A DNA stretch of 64,000 nucleotides, taken from NCBI RefSeq assembly GCF_964355755.1, contig NC_092670.1:4454201-4518200 (forward strand), in the 5' to 3' direction. The stretch's first letter is position 1. Every line of letters begins with the position of its first letter. The notes beneath the pieces were generated by a model. That model ran no database searches and was not told the DNA's origin. It saw nothing but the letters and a program-made list of their open reading frames with translations. Below, piece by piece: positions 23,801 through 36,500 of the stretch. The position numbers and the translations under genes are program-made. Source of the stretch: Antedon mediterranea (lineage: Eukaryota; Animalia; Echinodermata).

Positions 23801-25088
23801 TGATACGTGTGCGTGTGGGAAAACGAACATTAGCACCGTATCAAATGTTGTATGAACATTATGCTTGAATAGACGGTAAAAACTCGTATATATAATTTCA
23901 ATTAATGTAAAAATCCTCTTGAAACTAAGTGTGTAGTTATTTTGGTATAAAATGTATATTAAATAATGGTAATGTTTTCTCTATAATTACCGACCAGAGG
24001 CTGTTTGTACATTATGAATAACTATCTGTAGACAAAAATAGCCTAAGACGGACTGCCGTAATGAGTTCAATGATATCTTCCTCAGTACTTTGAAATTAAC
24101 TAAAAGCAATTTTTAAAATGACAATACCCACGCATTTTGATATTATAGAAAACATTTCAAATAATCTAACGTAACTTTGAACGGCCGGATGATAGAAACA
24201 CCAGCATCTCTGCGCATAAATAGTTTGTAATGTTCGCCGAACTGGGGATTGCGAGTTTGATGCTATTTGTCACTGTGATTTTAGATTAGCTCCGTACGAA
24301 AACAAAATCATAATCAGGAATTGTACTAAAGACCAATATTCAATGACCACTATCTAAAGCCTAACATAAAATCAACTCAGAAAAATTCTAACGGAAACTC
24401 GCAACGTTAATAATTCGGTCCTAAAAGTTGGATTTAGATCTAATCATATGTTTTGAGTTATATAAATCATTTTTAAAATAAATTAATTAAGCACTATATA
24501 ATTGAATAATCTAAAAACCAGTTTTTAGATATTTATTATTCGATTCAGTGCTGTATCTCCAAAACATTACAATATTATATCATTGGAATATTGGTAAAAC
24601 AGCACCTCATGCGTATTCACATGTGGTGCCTATATAATAAGATTAAGTTGTGGTATGTAATATTACCAAATAATCCTGTAGAGGAATCGAGATACAATAC
24701 CGAAACTTGGGGTGCATTTATTGTTGTAACTTAAGTGAAATCATTTAAAGAAATATCTCACGGTATTTAAGTACACATTCGTGCCGTAAATTACATTCAC
24801 GCTGACGACCACGCCAATTCTTTATGTTTTCCCCCACAAACTGCACCGTCTTCCCGCTCCATGAAACAGAACAGGTGTATCTTTACTCAGTTATTAATTT
24901 TTGTGCGGTGCTTATTCGTTGCAATTTATAATTTATCTATCTAATGTTTTGTATTTATATAAATTACGTATACAGTTTGCGATACACCACGTATATTTAC
25001 GTCTCGTTCAATATACAAAGTGAAATTTGGTGGGACTGGTGTGAAAGCTAAAACAATAACAAGATTCAGACTTTATTCTCACTCATAC

Positions 25089-25123
25089 CTGAGGACGATC
25101 AAAGTATATTGATCGAAACGTTA
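25089..25123 (+). ncRNA. Minimal type I hammerhead-ribozyme-like motif (Penelope-type)
   Basis: CTGAGGA-C-GATCAA-agtata-TTGATC-GAAA-CGTT: core boxes, perfect 6-bp stem II and palindromic AACGTT stem III. Stem I is weak. Confidence 0.5.
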
Positions 25124-25153
25124 GAGAAACTCAACAGTTCTTCTCGGAACTAA

Positions 25154-25296
25154 TGCTCTGTCTACACTATCAAACTAGTTTTGCCCAAATATAGTAGTGA
25201 TATGCTTAAATATGGTAGTGATATGACATCATCATGTCCATATATGGGCACGTCAAATTGTTTTGTCACATAAAGTTTGATAGTGTAGACAAGGCT
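25154..25296. mobile_element. Harbinger-like MITE (GCTCTGTCTACAC family), copy 1
   Basis: TIRs TGTCTACACTATCAAACT / AGTTTGATAGTGTAGACA; TAA on both sides. Confidence 0.8.
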
Positions 25297-26577
25297 TAAA
25301 CATAAGCGGTGTACTGCAAACTTTATATCAACATATTGATTTCGCCATGCAAACCTTCAAATAATATTTGCTTTAATGTAAAAAGGGTAATTTTATCGTA
25401 ACATTTTGTAGTCTAAGTTTATGAAACATCTACATTGTTGCTTGCTTGTGTATTATGTACAGAATTAAATGGTTTAATATTATATTTTCAATAAATATCA
25501 ATACATTTTCTATGATGTTTTATGTACGAGTTGGACGCCGATAAGCCTCTGGGCTCAATTATTATATATTATAAAATTAGCGGAGATAATTAATTTAAAT
25601 TAATCTTCAGTGTAAATAGTAAAACTTTTAAAAATAAAAGTAATGGAGGTCTTAGTAAATTATAAATTAAGTTTTGTATCTGTGTCTACATTTAATCATA
25701 CGTCCATGATTTAATATCTCATTTGTTGATTTTCATGGTATTATTAATAAAGTGCATTCTAACTAAACTATTTGTGTAAATATGTCTGATGTGTAGTTTC
25801 AGTGTTGTGAAAGTTTGTGAAATCCAACATCTAATTTAAGCAGTTTGTCAAAAACAACCGAGAATAATTATCTTAAAGTTAGACCACGTACGATAAATCG
25901 GAAATGTTTTTGTTGATGAAACTTTTTTTTCCTTGAAATCGTAAAAACTGCAATTCAGCAGCTCTTCCGTCACAATAAAATGAACATGCTTTGATTGAGT
26001 AAACTAAACTGTAATTATTGAGCATTAGTAACATACTGTTTAATTCATCAGTATTTATACTTAAGTGCAAATAATTAACTTGACATTTGTTTATATTGAG
26101 TTTAGTATAGTATTTTTTAACAAAGCCTATCTATACCGTGTTTATGAGAAAAATAACGGGAAGACTTCACAACGTTGTTCCTTCTTGATCTATATGAAAA
26201 CGTATTCAATTCTCAAAAGGCAAAAGTTCAAATCTTATTTAATGACCTTTGACATACACGATTGCCATTTGTTGTTGGAAAGTTTTCTACGCTCCGACAA
26301 ATATTAGAAAGGACTCTGCAGATGACTTTCTTTTCATCAAGCTATAAGTACTCAGTACTCATCTGAAAATAGCTACCTCCAATTAGTGACCACAATCCTG
26401 ATACTCAATAGGGGACTGACAAAGTTACTTTCGCAGTATCACCTACTATATTTCTTTTGATTGTTGTTTTATTATAAAAGTTATTTGTTAAAATAAATGA
26501 AATTATTGCGGGAATTATTGTTCATTTATACATACTATTTTTAGAAACTTTTAATTCATATAAAATCAAATATTCTA

Positions 26578-26742
26578 TTAGAACCCCTCCTTTGGGACAC
26601 CCTTATTCGGAACAACCCTATTTAGTGACACTTTCCTATGAAACAAACAAATTGTAACATACAGTATGACCAAGACTTACCCCTATTTAAGAGACACTGT
26701 TGAATCATGCAGGTGTCCCAATAATAACTGGTGTTCCACTGT
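26578..26742. mobile_element. Decayed Tc1/mariner (Tigger/pogo-like) MITE
   Basis: GAACCCCT...GGGACACC at the left and GGTGTCCC...GTTCCACTG|TA at the right, with repeated GACAC motifs. Confidence 0.4.
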
Positions 26743-27527
26743 ATATTTAGTTCATTGAAATATCAGCTACACATCTTTTAATTTTATCTGATGTTTAATT
26801 TATTCGACATATCATACTATATATTATAACAAGCATATATGGTATATCTGCATATAATTGGAATATCTATTTTCACTGGAATAATTGATAAAATATTTAT
26901 TACTCAATATTTTCACATGCACCATGGCATACTACTACTTTATAGTAGAACATATTTTATAGAAGAACATATTTTCTTAAATGTCGAAATTATTGTATAT
27001 CATTTTATATAATCAAATGTATATCTATATTGTTCATCAATATAATCAATAATATACCGTATATCACAGCCATAAATGATGTAACAGCAACAGCACAAAT
27101 CTATAGAATTGCAATTTCAGATTTATAATTTTAGATACACGTTTATTTTGTGTAGAGTCTACTGTCCTAATGTGTCTGAAGCAGACAAATTTCAAAGAAA
27201 ACTACTAAGCCAATTGGGTATTAAACATGCTGCTGGTTGAAGACAAATGAGATTTATTTTTTATTTATTGGGTAATTCGAAATTCTAGATTACAATTTTA
27301 GTAGCTATTTGTGTTTTGTTTTATCAAATATTATTATTTTTATTATTATCCATATTTAATAAAGCAACTAGATTAATTGTTCCTGTTCAATTATTAAAAA
27401 TGTACACTTGCAGTTATTTCTTTAATTAAGTTTGATACTTTTCTGATAACCTTTAATAATAGTGGAAAATGAGAAAAATGAGGAGCAAATTATTACTCAT
27501 TTGAAAGACAATCGTCACAATCCTTTT

Positions 27528-27575
27528 CTATTTACCTTCAAGTCTTGACAAAAGAATTTCATTTTTTCGACACTC
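27528..27575 (-). CDS. CCDC93: CCDC93 exon 16 (terminal)
   Basis: ttccag|[15 protein letters not shown]. Confidence 0.9.
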   Translation of the reverse strand, partial: ECRKNEILLSRLEGK

Positions 27576-30500
27576 CTGGAATATAAAAATAGAGTTAAGT
27601 AATAGCATGTTAAGATTCAGATTTTGAGGTGGGGAGAAATGGGGAGGGTGAGGAAGATGGAAAGGGTGGGGAGATGTGAAGGGATTGGAAATAAGATGGA
27701 GGAATGAGATGAGAGGAAGGGTAGGATCGATTGGGAGGGAGAAAATGGGGAATATGGGGAGGGACGGAATATGGAAGAATGAGATGGGGATGGAGGAGAA
27801 TATGGGAAGTGTGGTGAAAATGCGGAGGGAGGGGAAGATAGGGAGATTGAGAAAATGGGGAGGGAGAATGGTGAAGATGGGAAGGGAGGCTGGGAAAATG
27901 GGGAGGGAGGGGAGTTGAGGAGGGAAGTTGGGGATGAAGTATGGACCCTTGAATCCAATATTTTCCATAAACCCTGGATATGGTTACTATGGAGAGATAT
28001 AAAATGTGGGGCGGAAGCATATTATTAGAAAATGTTTCATCTATGATAATATGTATATAATGTATGCGTCCGTGCATATTTGTACTACTGTACATCTCAC
28101 TTTGATATAGATTATTTCACCAACATACAAAGCTAGCAAAATAAAACGAAACACTATTGATTGTATTTTAGAATATGCTAATCACAGACCTGTATGTCTT
28201 ATCCAGACACACGTATGCCAAGTATAAGCGTCTTTAATACATACCTCCTTAAAATCTTTAATGGTTTTAAAGTAAAGTCGTTGTTTTTCTATCAGATCCA
28301 AATAGCTCTTATTGAGTTTATCACGACGGCCTTTTTCATCTTGTCTCCTTTTCTCCACTTTGTTCTTATTGGTCTTTATTCCCTCCACTATTCCTTCAAA
28401 TTGTTTTAGAAATTGGTCCTTCCCAGCATTTGATGACATAGCACTGTGAAACATTGAAAAATTTAATTATTAATCTACCGTGTTAATTTAGAGTGTGTCA
28501 AATAGTTGACTAGTAATAAATTCAAAACAACTTAAAAAAAGTTGTTTTGAAATTAAAAAGAATTACCAAAAGAAAACCCATTCTGGATAATTAAAAATAC
28601 AGAATAGGGAACTTTCTGTTGGCAAAAGGGCAATACAAAATGCAGACACATATATTTAAATAAAAAAACATAAAAATTGCAAAACGCTAAAGAACTTGGT
28701 AAACTATACAAAAATAGTAGGGGTTAGGCGGTGTACTGATGACAACTACATGCTTCTCCTCTAAGGGTCACAGTATGTCAGTGCTGCAGATTCTAAAACT
28801 CCTTTGTCTGTTTACGACAGTGGCTGTGTGTGAACGACCTACAGTTTTTAGTCCAAATTTATCTGAGAAGACCCCTATAATACCATTACCATTTATTTTT
28901 TGTTTTATGTCTTTAACCAGTTTACCAGGGTAACTCACTACTCGTCTAGAATGATGAATTGGGGTCTTTAAAGTGCATACGTGTAAACTGTGTAAACTGC
29001 ACCAACAGTTTATAGTCCTTATCTGAGAAGACTGAACTAGGAATGAGTAGGCCGATATTGTTGGTTCTTTAGGTTCGGTAAATGGAGCCCCTTCCTTAAC
29101 CACTCGGTCATGAAGCAAGTGAGCTTTGAAGCCTTGCCATAAGGCTATAGTTTACAGTTCCACTGTCTTATCTGCTCTTCCAATCACTCACAATATCAAA
29201 TATTGAAACAAATTGAAGACGAGTTCTTACACTTTAAAATTATCATGTATGGAGTTCAACAGCTCAACTTCCTTTTGTAGATAAAGCTTTGTATCATCCA
29301 ATGTATTATATAGCGTATAAAACTGTTTTGTTTCCTTGTGAGTTGATGCAACTAAAAAAGTAGAAAAGTTTTAAAGTTTACAGTACTTTACAAAACACAA
29401 GTCAACAATTAATGCGTAAAAACAAGTTATCATAAAAATACAGGCAATCTAATAAACTTTCAAAACCCTGAGAGGATAATAATAACACAATTTGATTTTC
29501 TGACAGCTAAGAACCAGAATAAGCATAAGTCTTGATTTTAAAGAAATGGTGCTGTACAGTATGGAAATGTATGTATCACTTCAATTCCAATGTTCTTTTC
29601 ATTTAAATATTATGAGTGTTAAATTTATTGATTAGCCCACCCTTTTATTACTTATAGAAAATCCTGTAGAACTACTTTTATAAAAACTTTTTTCATAACA
29701 TTCATGAACTTTTACAATTGCCATACTAACTAGAAAACAAAGTTGGGTTGAAAGTATAGGGTTAGCACTTGTAACGACCAAAGCGCAGTGGGCGTGAATA
29801 CAATTAGCAGTTTTGAAAGTAATACAAGAAAGTATAGTTACAGCATTCAAATTACCATATTTCCATTCCAATGGCGACAGTGTAATGCATTTAATAACTT
29901 TACATAATTGTCTGTGCTAACACTGAATTAACTATTAGAATTGTAAATTGTCAGAAATCACATTTTTTTTGGTTTTCTAAGTTATTATACTGTTACCATT
30001 AGAAATGAAAATGTAAATTTCATACATTGCACTCCATTGCTTTAATACATTGCACTCCATTGCTTTAATACATTGCACTCCATTGCTTTAATACATTGCA
30101 CTCCATTGCTTTAATACATTGCACTCCATTGCTTTAATACATTGCACTCCATTGCTTTAATACATTGCACTCTATTGCTTTAATACATTGCACTCTATTG
30201 CTTTAATACATTGCACTCTATTGCTTTAATACATTGCACTCCATTGCTTTAATACATTGCACTCCATTGCTTTAATACATTGCACTCCATTGCTTTAATA
30301 CATTGCACTCCATTGCTTTAATACATTGCACTCTATTGCTTTAATACATTGCACTCCATTGCTTTAATACATTGCACTCTATTGCTTTAATACATTGCAC
30401 TCCATTGCTTTAATACATTGCACTCTATTGCTTTAATACATTGCACTCCATTGCTTTCATACATTGCACTCTATTGCTTTAATACATTGCACTCCATTGC

Positions 30501-33500
30501 TTTAATACATTGCACTCTATTGCTTTAATACATTGCACTCCATTGCTTTAATACATTGCACTCCATTGCTTTAATACATTGCACTCCATTGCTTTAATAC
30601 ATTGCACTCCATTGCTTTAATACATTGCACTCTATTGCTTTAATACATTGCACTCCATTGCTTTAATACATTGCACTCCATTGCTTTAATACATTGCACT
30701 CCATTGCTTTAATACATTGCACTCCATTGCTTTAATACATTGCACTCCATTGCTTTAATACATTGCACTCCATTGCTTTAATACATTGCACTCCATTGCT
30801 TTAATACATTGCACTCCATTGCTTTAATACATTGCACTCTATTGCTTTAATACATTGCACTCCATTGCTTTAATACATTGCACTCCATTGCTTTAATACA
30901 TTGCACTCTATTGCTTTAATACATTGCACTCCATTGCTTTAATACATTGCACTCCATTGCTTTAATACATTGCACTCTATTGCTTTAATACATTGCACTC
31001 CATTGCTTTAATACATTGCACTCCATTGCTTTAATACATTGCACTCTATTGCTTTAATACATTGCACTCCATTGCTTTAATACATTGCACTCCATTGCTT
31101 TAATACATTGCACTCTATTGCTTTAATACATTGCACTCCATTGCTTTAATACATTGCACTCCATTGCTTTAATACATTGCACTCTATTGCTTTAATACAT
31201 TGCACTCCATTGCTTTAATACATTGCACTCCATTGCTTTAATCAACTATATTTTTCTGAAGGCTATTAGATGGTTAACTCAAATAGAATCAAATTCAAAT
31301 AACAAATATTGCTAAGCCCTGAAACAAACCAGAGTACTTAGGCCTAGTAAGTCTGAGTTGCATTACCATTTACTCTATATATATATATATATCTATTTTA
31401 TATGCACAAAATGTAATTCATTCATTATTATCTTTCTCAAAATATATTAATCTACAATATTCTGTACTGTATTTCCTAAAAAAATATGCTTTTCTGTAAA
31501 AATAACTGTATTACATTAATGCCAATACAATGTTACTAATAATAATCATGAATCGGCGGCTATATTGTAGATTTCATCTTCCTAATGTCTCATTTCCACT
31601 GTCGCCTACTTTCCACTCTAGCCTTCGGCTAAATGTTATCTCTTTGCCATTAACACATTCAAAGAATAGCTGATTGCTATTTCCTCATAAATGAACCTCT
31701 AAAAATAACATTAATAGTTATAATAACATTTTATTTACTATATTAAAGCAGCCATTCAAATCTATTTAGAAAATGATAACAAACTGTGAATGCATTTAGT
31801 ACTTAGTGAACTTAATTGAATTAGTTTGAACTCAACTTAATTTGTCAGTGCTGAAAACTTACTTTGCTTGTAAAGTTCAATGAACCTGCGCTGATATTGG
31901 GTTAGTTCTGCTCTAGACGGTACTTCATCTATCTTTCGTTGTAGATTAGCAATTTCTCGGTTTTTACGAGCCTGTCAAAAGAAGACAAATACAAATTAAA
32001 CGATGATACCTCAGAAATATTAAAAGGAAACAACATTAAATCTAATTTACATTTTAATCATATCATTTAAATTCATAAAGAGTATAGTGTGTAATTTATT
32101 AATTCTTTATTTCAAATAATTCAATTCAATTCAAAGGAACATTTATTTTCTTCAAAATAAAACAGTCTACAAAATGGTGTAAATGGTATCCATAGAAAAA
32201 AAAATACTAAAAACAATACAATAAAAAATTTTTTATTTAAGATATCAGAATAATAATAAATCAATCTATTATTTTATTTATTTATTTCAACAATCAAATC
32301 AAATCAAATCAAATCAAATCTTTATTCGTTCCATATGGAAAAATTGTTTTCCTCGACAGAAAAATATGGTAAAACATTCATAATTACATCATACATAGAA
32401 CAAATTTACAATTTAAAAACATTAATTAAAACATCCATCAACAGTAAAACTTTAAAATATATATTGCATGTGCGCTATTATGATCTAACAATCTTTGAGT
32501 TAAAAATATGAGTTGAATTTGGTACAAAAGACAGTCGGTTTCTTGACGTATCAGCTCTAGGAGCCCGTAACCGGCCTGACTTGTTCTTAAAAAATCTCAT
32601 ATGTTATGGATGTTTCTTATCTTCAAAAATTTTACTTAATTTACTTAGGACCTGTTTTTCATAAAGATATTTTAAATCATTAACCGTACAACCAATTATA
32701 TTTGATGCTATCTTAGTAATTCTAATGAGACCTTTCTTCTTATACTATACAATATTTACGAGGGTGGTCCATCCAGTCGAAGCTGATCATTAGGGACCCG
32801 AACAAAAATACATCATGACAAGACATAAACATGTAACAATAAAAATTACCTCACGATAAATATAATTTATAAAGAAATTAAATAAATTAAATGAAATTGG
32901 CCCTCTCAGAAGATAATATAAGATAAATCTTTATTGTCATGACAACAAGGCGAACATGAAATTTGTTTTCCTTGATGCTTAATTACACACAATATACAGA
33001 AAGTATAACAGTAATAAAAATCAATACAATATAAAGACTTAAATAGAAAACTTACAGGGTTACAAGAGGGATAAAATACATAACTACCTTTTAGATAAAT
33101 CATGAATGATTCCACCGAACTTACAAGTTAAAATAACTATAGTGAGGAATTTAATGAATAGGCAAACTGCCTTAAAATGTGACATGTTTCAACAAACTAT
33201 TCTCATCATCAGAACAGAAAACAACGCCTAGAGTACTTATATACCAATAGGACAGGTTGTATGTAAATAAGTATTTATTTAGCATGATAAAACAACAAGA
33301 TACGTAGGCAACAAACAATCATATGGCAATGTAACTATCTTTGAAATGGAGAAATGTATTTAGAAATGATTTCCAATATTTGGACTCTTAAAACTATTAA
33401 ATAATATTTTGTTAATTGTTCTAGTTAACATATAACTGTTGGCTTTGATTTTTTTTAATAAGTTATGTACAGACTTTCTCCAATATTAATGTGAATATAT

Positions 33501-36500
33501 AGAGCAGCAAAATACCTATCATTATACTGTAATCAAATTCTAATCCGAGTTTTCAATTTTCAGTTTGTGTAAATAATATGTTTTTCAGTAGGAAATGCTA
33601 GCTCAATTCAGCTTTTAGAGAATGTAAAGAAGTTACTGGAACTAAAGATTGTAATTTTTAAAAAAATGGACTAAAAAAAGACCACTAAAAATACTTTTAA
33701 ATACACTTTATACTGCTTTTTTTTAAACTACTATTTAAAAAAAAATTGAACTATGCTAATTAAATTCTTTTTTTATTTATTTCATTGCCTTTATGGTTTT
33801 CCTTTTCTGTTTCAGTTTTTTGATAGCTAAAATTTCAATCTTGAATTTGTATGTAGATTAGAATCTAACCCAAAAAGTAGATATTCAGAATGTAGGATTA
33901 TAGCTAAAAATTAATTTTCTAAAGCTCTGTCTATACTATCAAACTAGTTTGACAAATAACGTGTGACGTACCCAAAAATAGTAGTGATATGACACATCAT
34001 GTCCATATATCGGCACATCACAGTTTTTTTGTCACATAAAGTTTGACAGTGTAGACAGAGCTTAATAGTTAAAAATCAATTCATTTATGATAGAAGAACA
34101 TGAATTATTCTCAAACTAATTGCTTTTTGCTTTAAGTTGATTCCATCTACAATTTCTATTAGTAGAGTACTGTCACATTTTCTCTAGAATTAAATCAAAT
34201 ATCTACATTTGGAAGTAATTCATCTTTTGGCTGGAAGCATTGAAAAGCTAGGAAGTTATCTTTATTAATTATTTTGACTCATCAATCAATTCTGTGCCAA
34301 TGGGCAATAGTTAAAGTACAGTGCATGGTTGATTTAATAAGGATACCAAAAAAGTGTAGAAGTTGGCAAAGAAGAGCAAACTTTAGATGTCCAAAACCAC
34401 TTCTAACACTAAACATGGATGTATTGGAGACATATTAAAGGCGGATACTGTCATTCCCAAAGAAGACCTTGCTATAGCAAAAAAACAATTTAAAAAAAAA
34501 AAAAAAAACAATAATCTTTATTGATTGATGACTCAGTGACTCAGTAATTGTTGTGTTCCTTTTAAGTTTAATCTGTACATAATTAGTTGATTTATTTTGA
34601 TTTATTTTTATTACTTTTGATTTTGTTTTTGTAAATTTCTTATCGTTGTTTTTAAAGTTTTGTTTTTCTTAGACGCACCGTTTGACATGTGTGCCACCAA
34701 TATAAAGGTGTTGTTTTCCAATAAAGATTATTATTAATGGAAGACAGAAATTTATGAAAAACTATATTCGTATAAAGCAAGTTTTTCACTAGGCAAATTT
34801 ATTTGTGTGAATTGAAAATTTTGAGTAATGCGTATCAATATTTCATCTAAATCTTTGTGAAGCTAAAAATGCGCGCAACCAATCAGAACTCAAGAAAGTT
34901 TGTTTCACGTGGATATATTCGCTAAACAGGCTTAAGTTCTGGCTTGGGTACGTCTCGGACTATAATGTTATAGAAGTTGAAAGCTTTCATTTGATATTAA
35001 GGAAAAGGTGTGGCAAATGTTTGATACGGTTCATTTATTGTTTTGAATGAGAAAATCCAATCATTCAGCCAATAAACTATACATGATTATCTTGCAAACA
35101 TTTTATTTCCCGCATTGGATTAAATTTCCATGGTTCGTTAAAAACAAAAGTACATTTTGTTACAGTAATGTACAGTACTATACCATTTTGTATGGCTCCT
35201 GGTTGAGTTATTAGTTGTAGTTTCTATGGAGTAGAAGAAATTCTGATTATTCTTACCAATGTACATAATTTTGCATTTAGATTATATTATATTTGGATAA
35301 CCACTTGCTGCTCAATTGTTCCAATTTACTTCAATCATCCTGTAAAATTTCTCTATGCTAATAGGAAATTATGCAAAAAGTTTGCCATCAGATTGAATGT
35401 TTTCAAGTAATTGATATACACAAGGAATAAAATAGAACCAAGCACAGTTCCTTGCGACACTGCGTTCACCACAGGTTACCATTTTGAAGTAGAACACTTT
35501 AATCGACACACATTTGACATCTACTCTAAGCTTGCTTGGAAAGACAGAAATTTGAACTTAGTATCTTCTAAGTTAAGAAGCCGAGGCTTCATATAACTTA
35601 TAGGTCTTAGATTTTGATCATGAATTTCAAAAAGCAGATTTCATACAAATATCACCTATGCAAATAAAAATCGAAGCAGCAGCATAGTCAGGGTAGATAG
35701 AAGAGAAGAACAGTAACAAAGGATAACAAGATATGGCTGAATCAACATATTCTAACCTTTTAATAATACTTTGAATTGAAAAACTAACTGATCTACATGT
35801 CTATCAACTGGGGCTTTTTATTGGTGTTGAGAAGGGAAATAAATTCTTTTACACTACAGCACTTATCGAAGGTCACTCATTAAATCATAAAGGAATTAGT
35901 TAAACTACGGTCATCTTTAAACTTAACGGGAAGTGTGCACAGTATATTTTTTACAATGGGAAGTACTATAATAAATATTACAGATCCCTAAGGCCATGTT
36001 CACACTGCTGGAATTACAGCGTTTTAGCATATGACATTGACTCGTATTTGTTTCAGTTGTAAGTGTCAATGACACTTCTATTGTAACAATGCAACTTCTA
36101 TCGTAACAATGAAACCTCTATTGAAACAATGAAACTCCTATTGCAACAATGAAACATCTATTTTAACAATGATACCGTTATTGTAACAATGAAACTTCTA
36201 TTGTAAAAATGAAACCTCTATTGTAACAACGAAAATTCTACTTCAACAATGAAACTTATATTGTAAAAATGAAACTTCTATTGTAACAATGAAACTTTTA
36301 TTGCAACAATGAAACTTCTAATGTAAAAATGAAACCTCTATTGTAACAATGAAACTTCTATTGCAACAATGAAACTTCTATTGTAACAATGAACTTTCGT
36401 TTTTCCTAAGTTTATAATTTGACTATGCTTAATTCATATACATTATCAATTCTAATACACAATTTACATTTAATACCAACATAAACTACTATAAGCCAAC

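Noticed and set aside
27610-28095. Pro/Ser/Phe-rich ORFs
   Set aside because: Translations of a low-complexity intronic tract; only 27528-27575 is coding.
30018-31242. CRISPR-like array
   Set aside because: Units are contiguous with no unique spacers, there are no cas genes, and the context is eukaryotic. The same applies to the arrays at 36067, 37440, 43520 and 52427.
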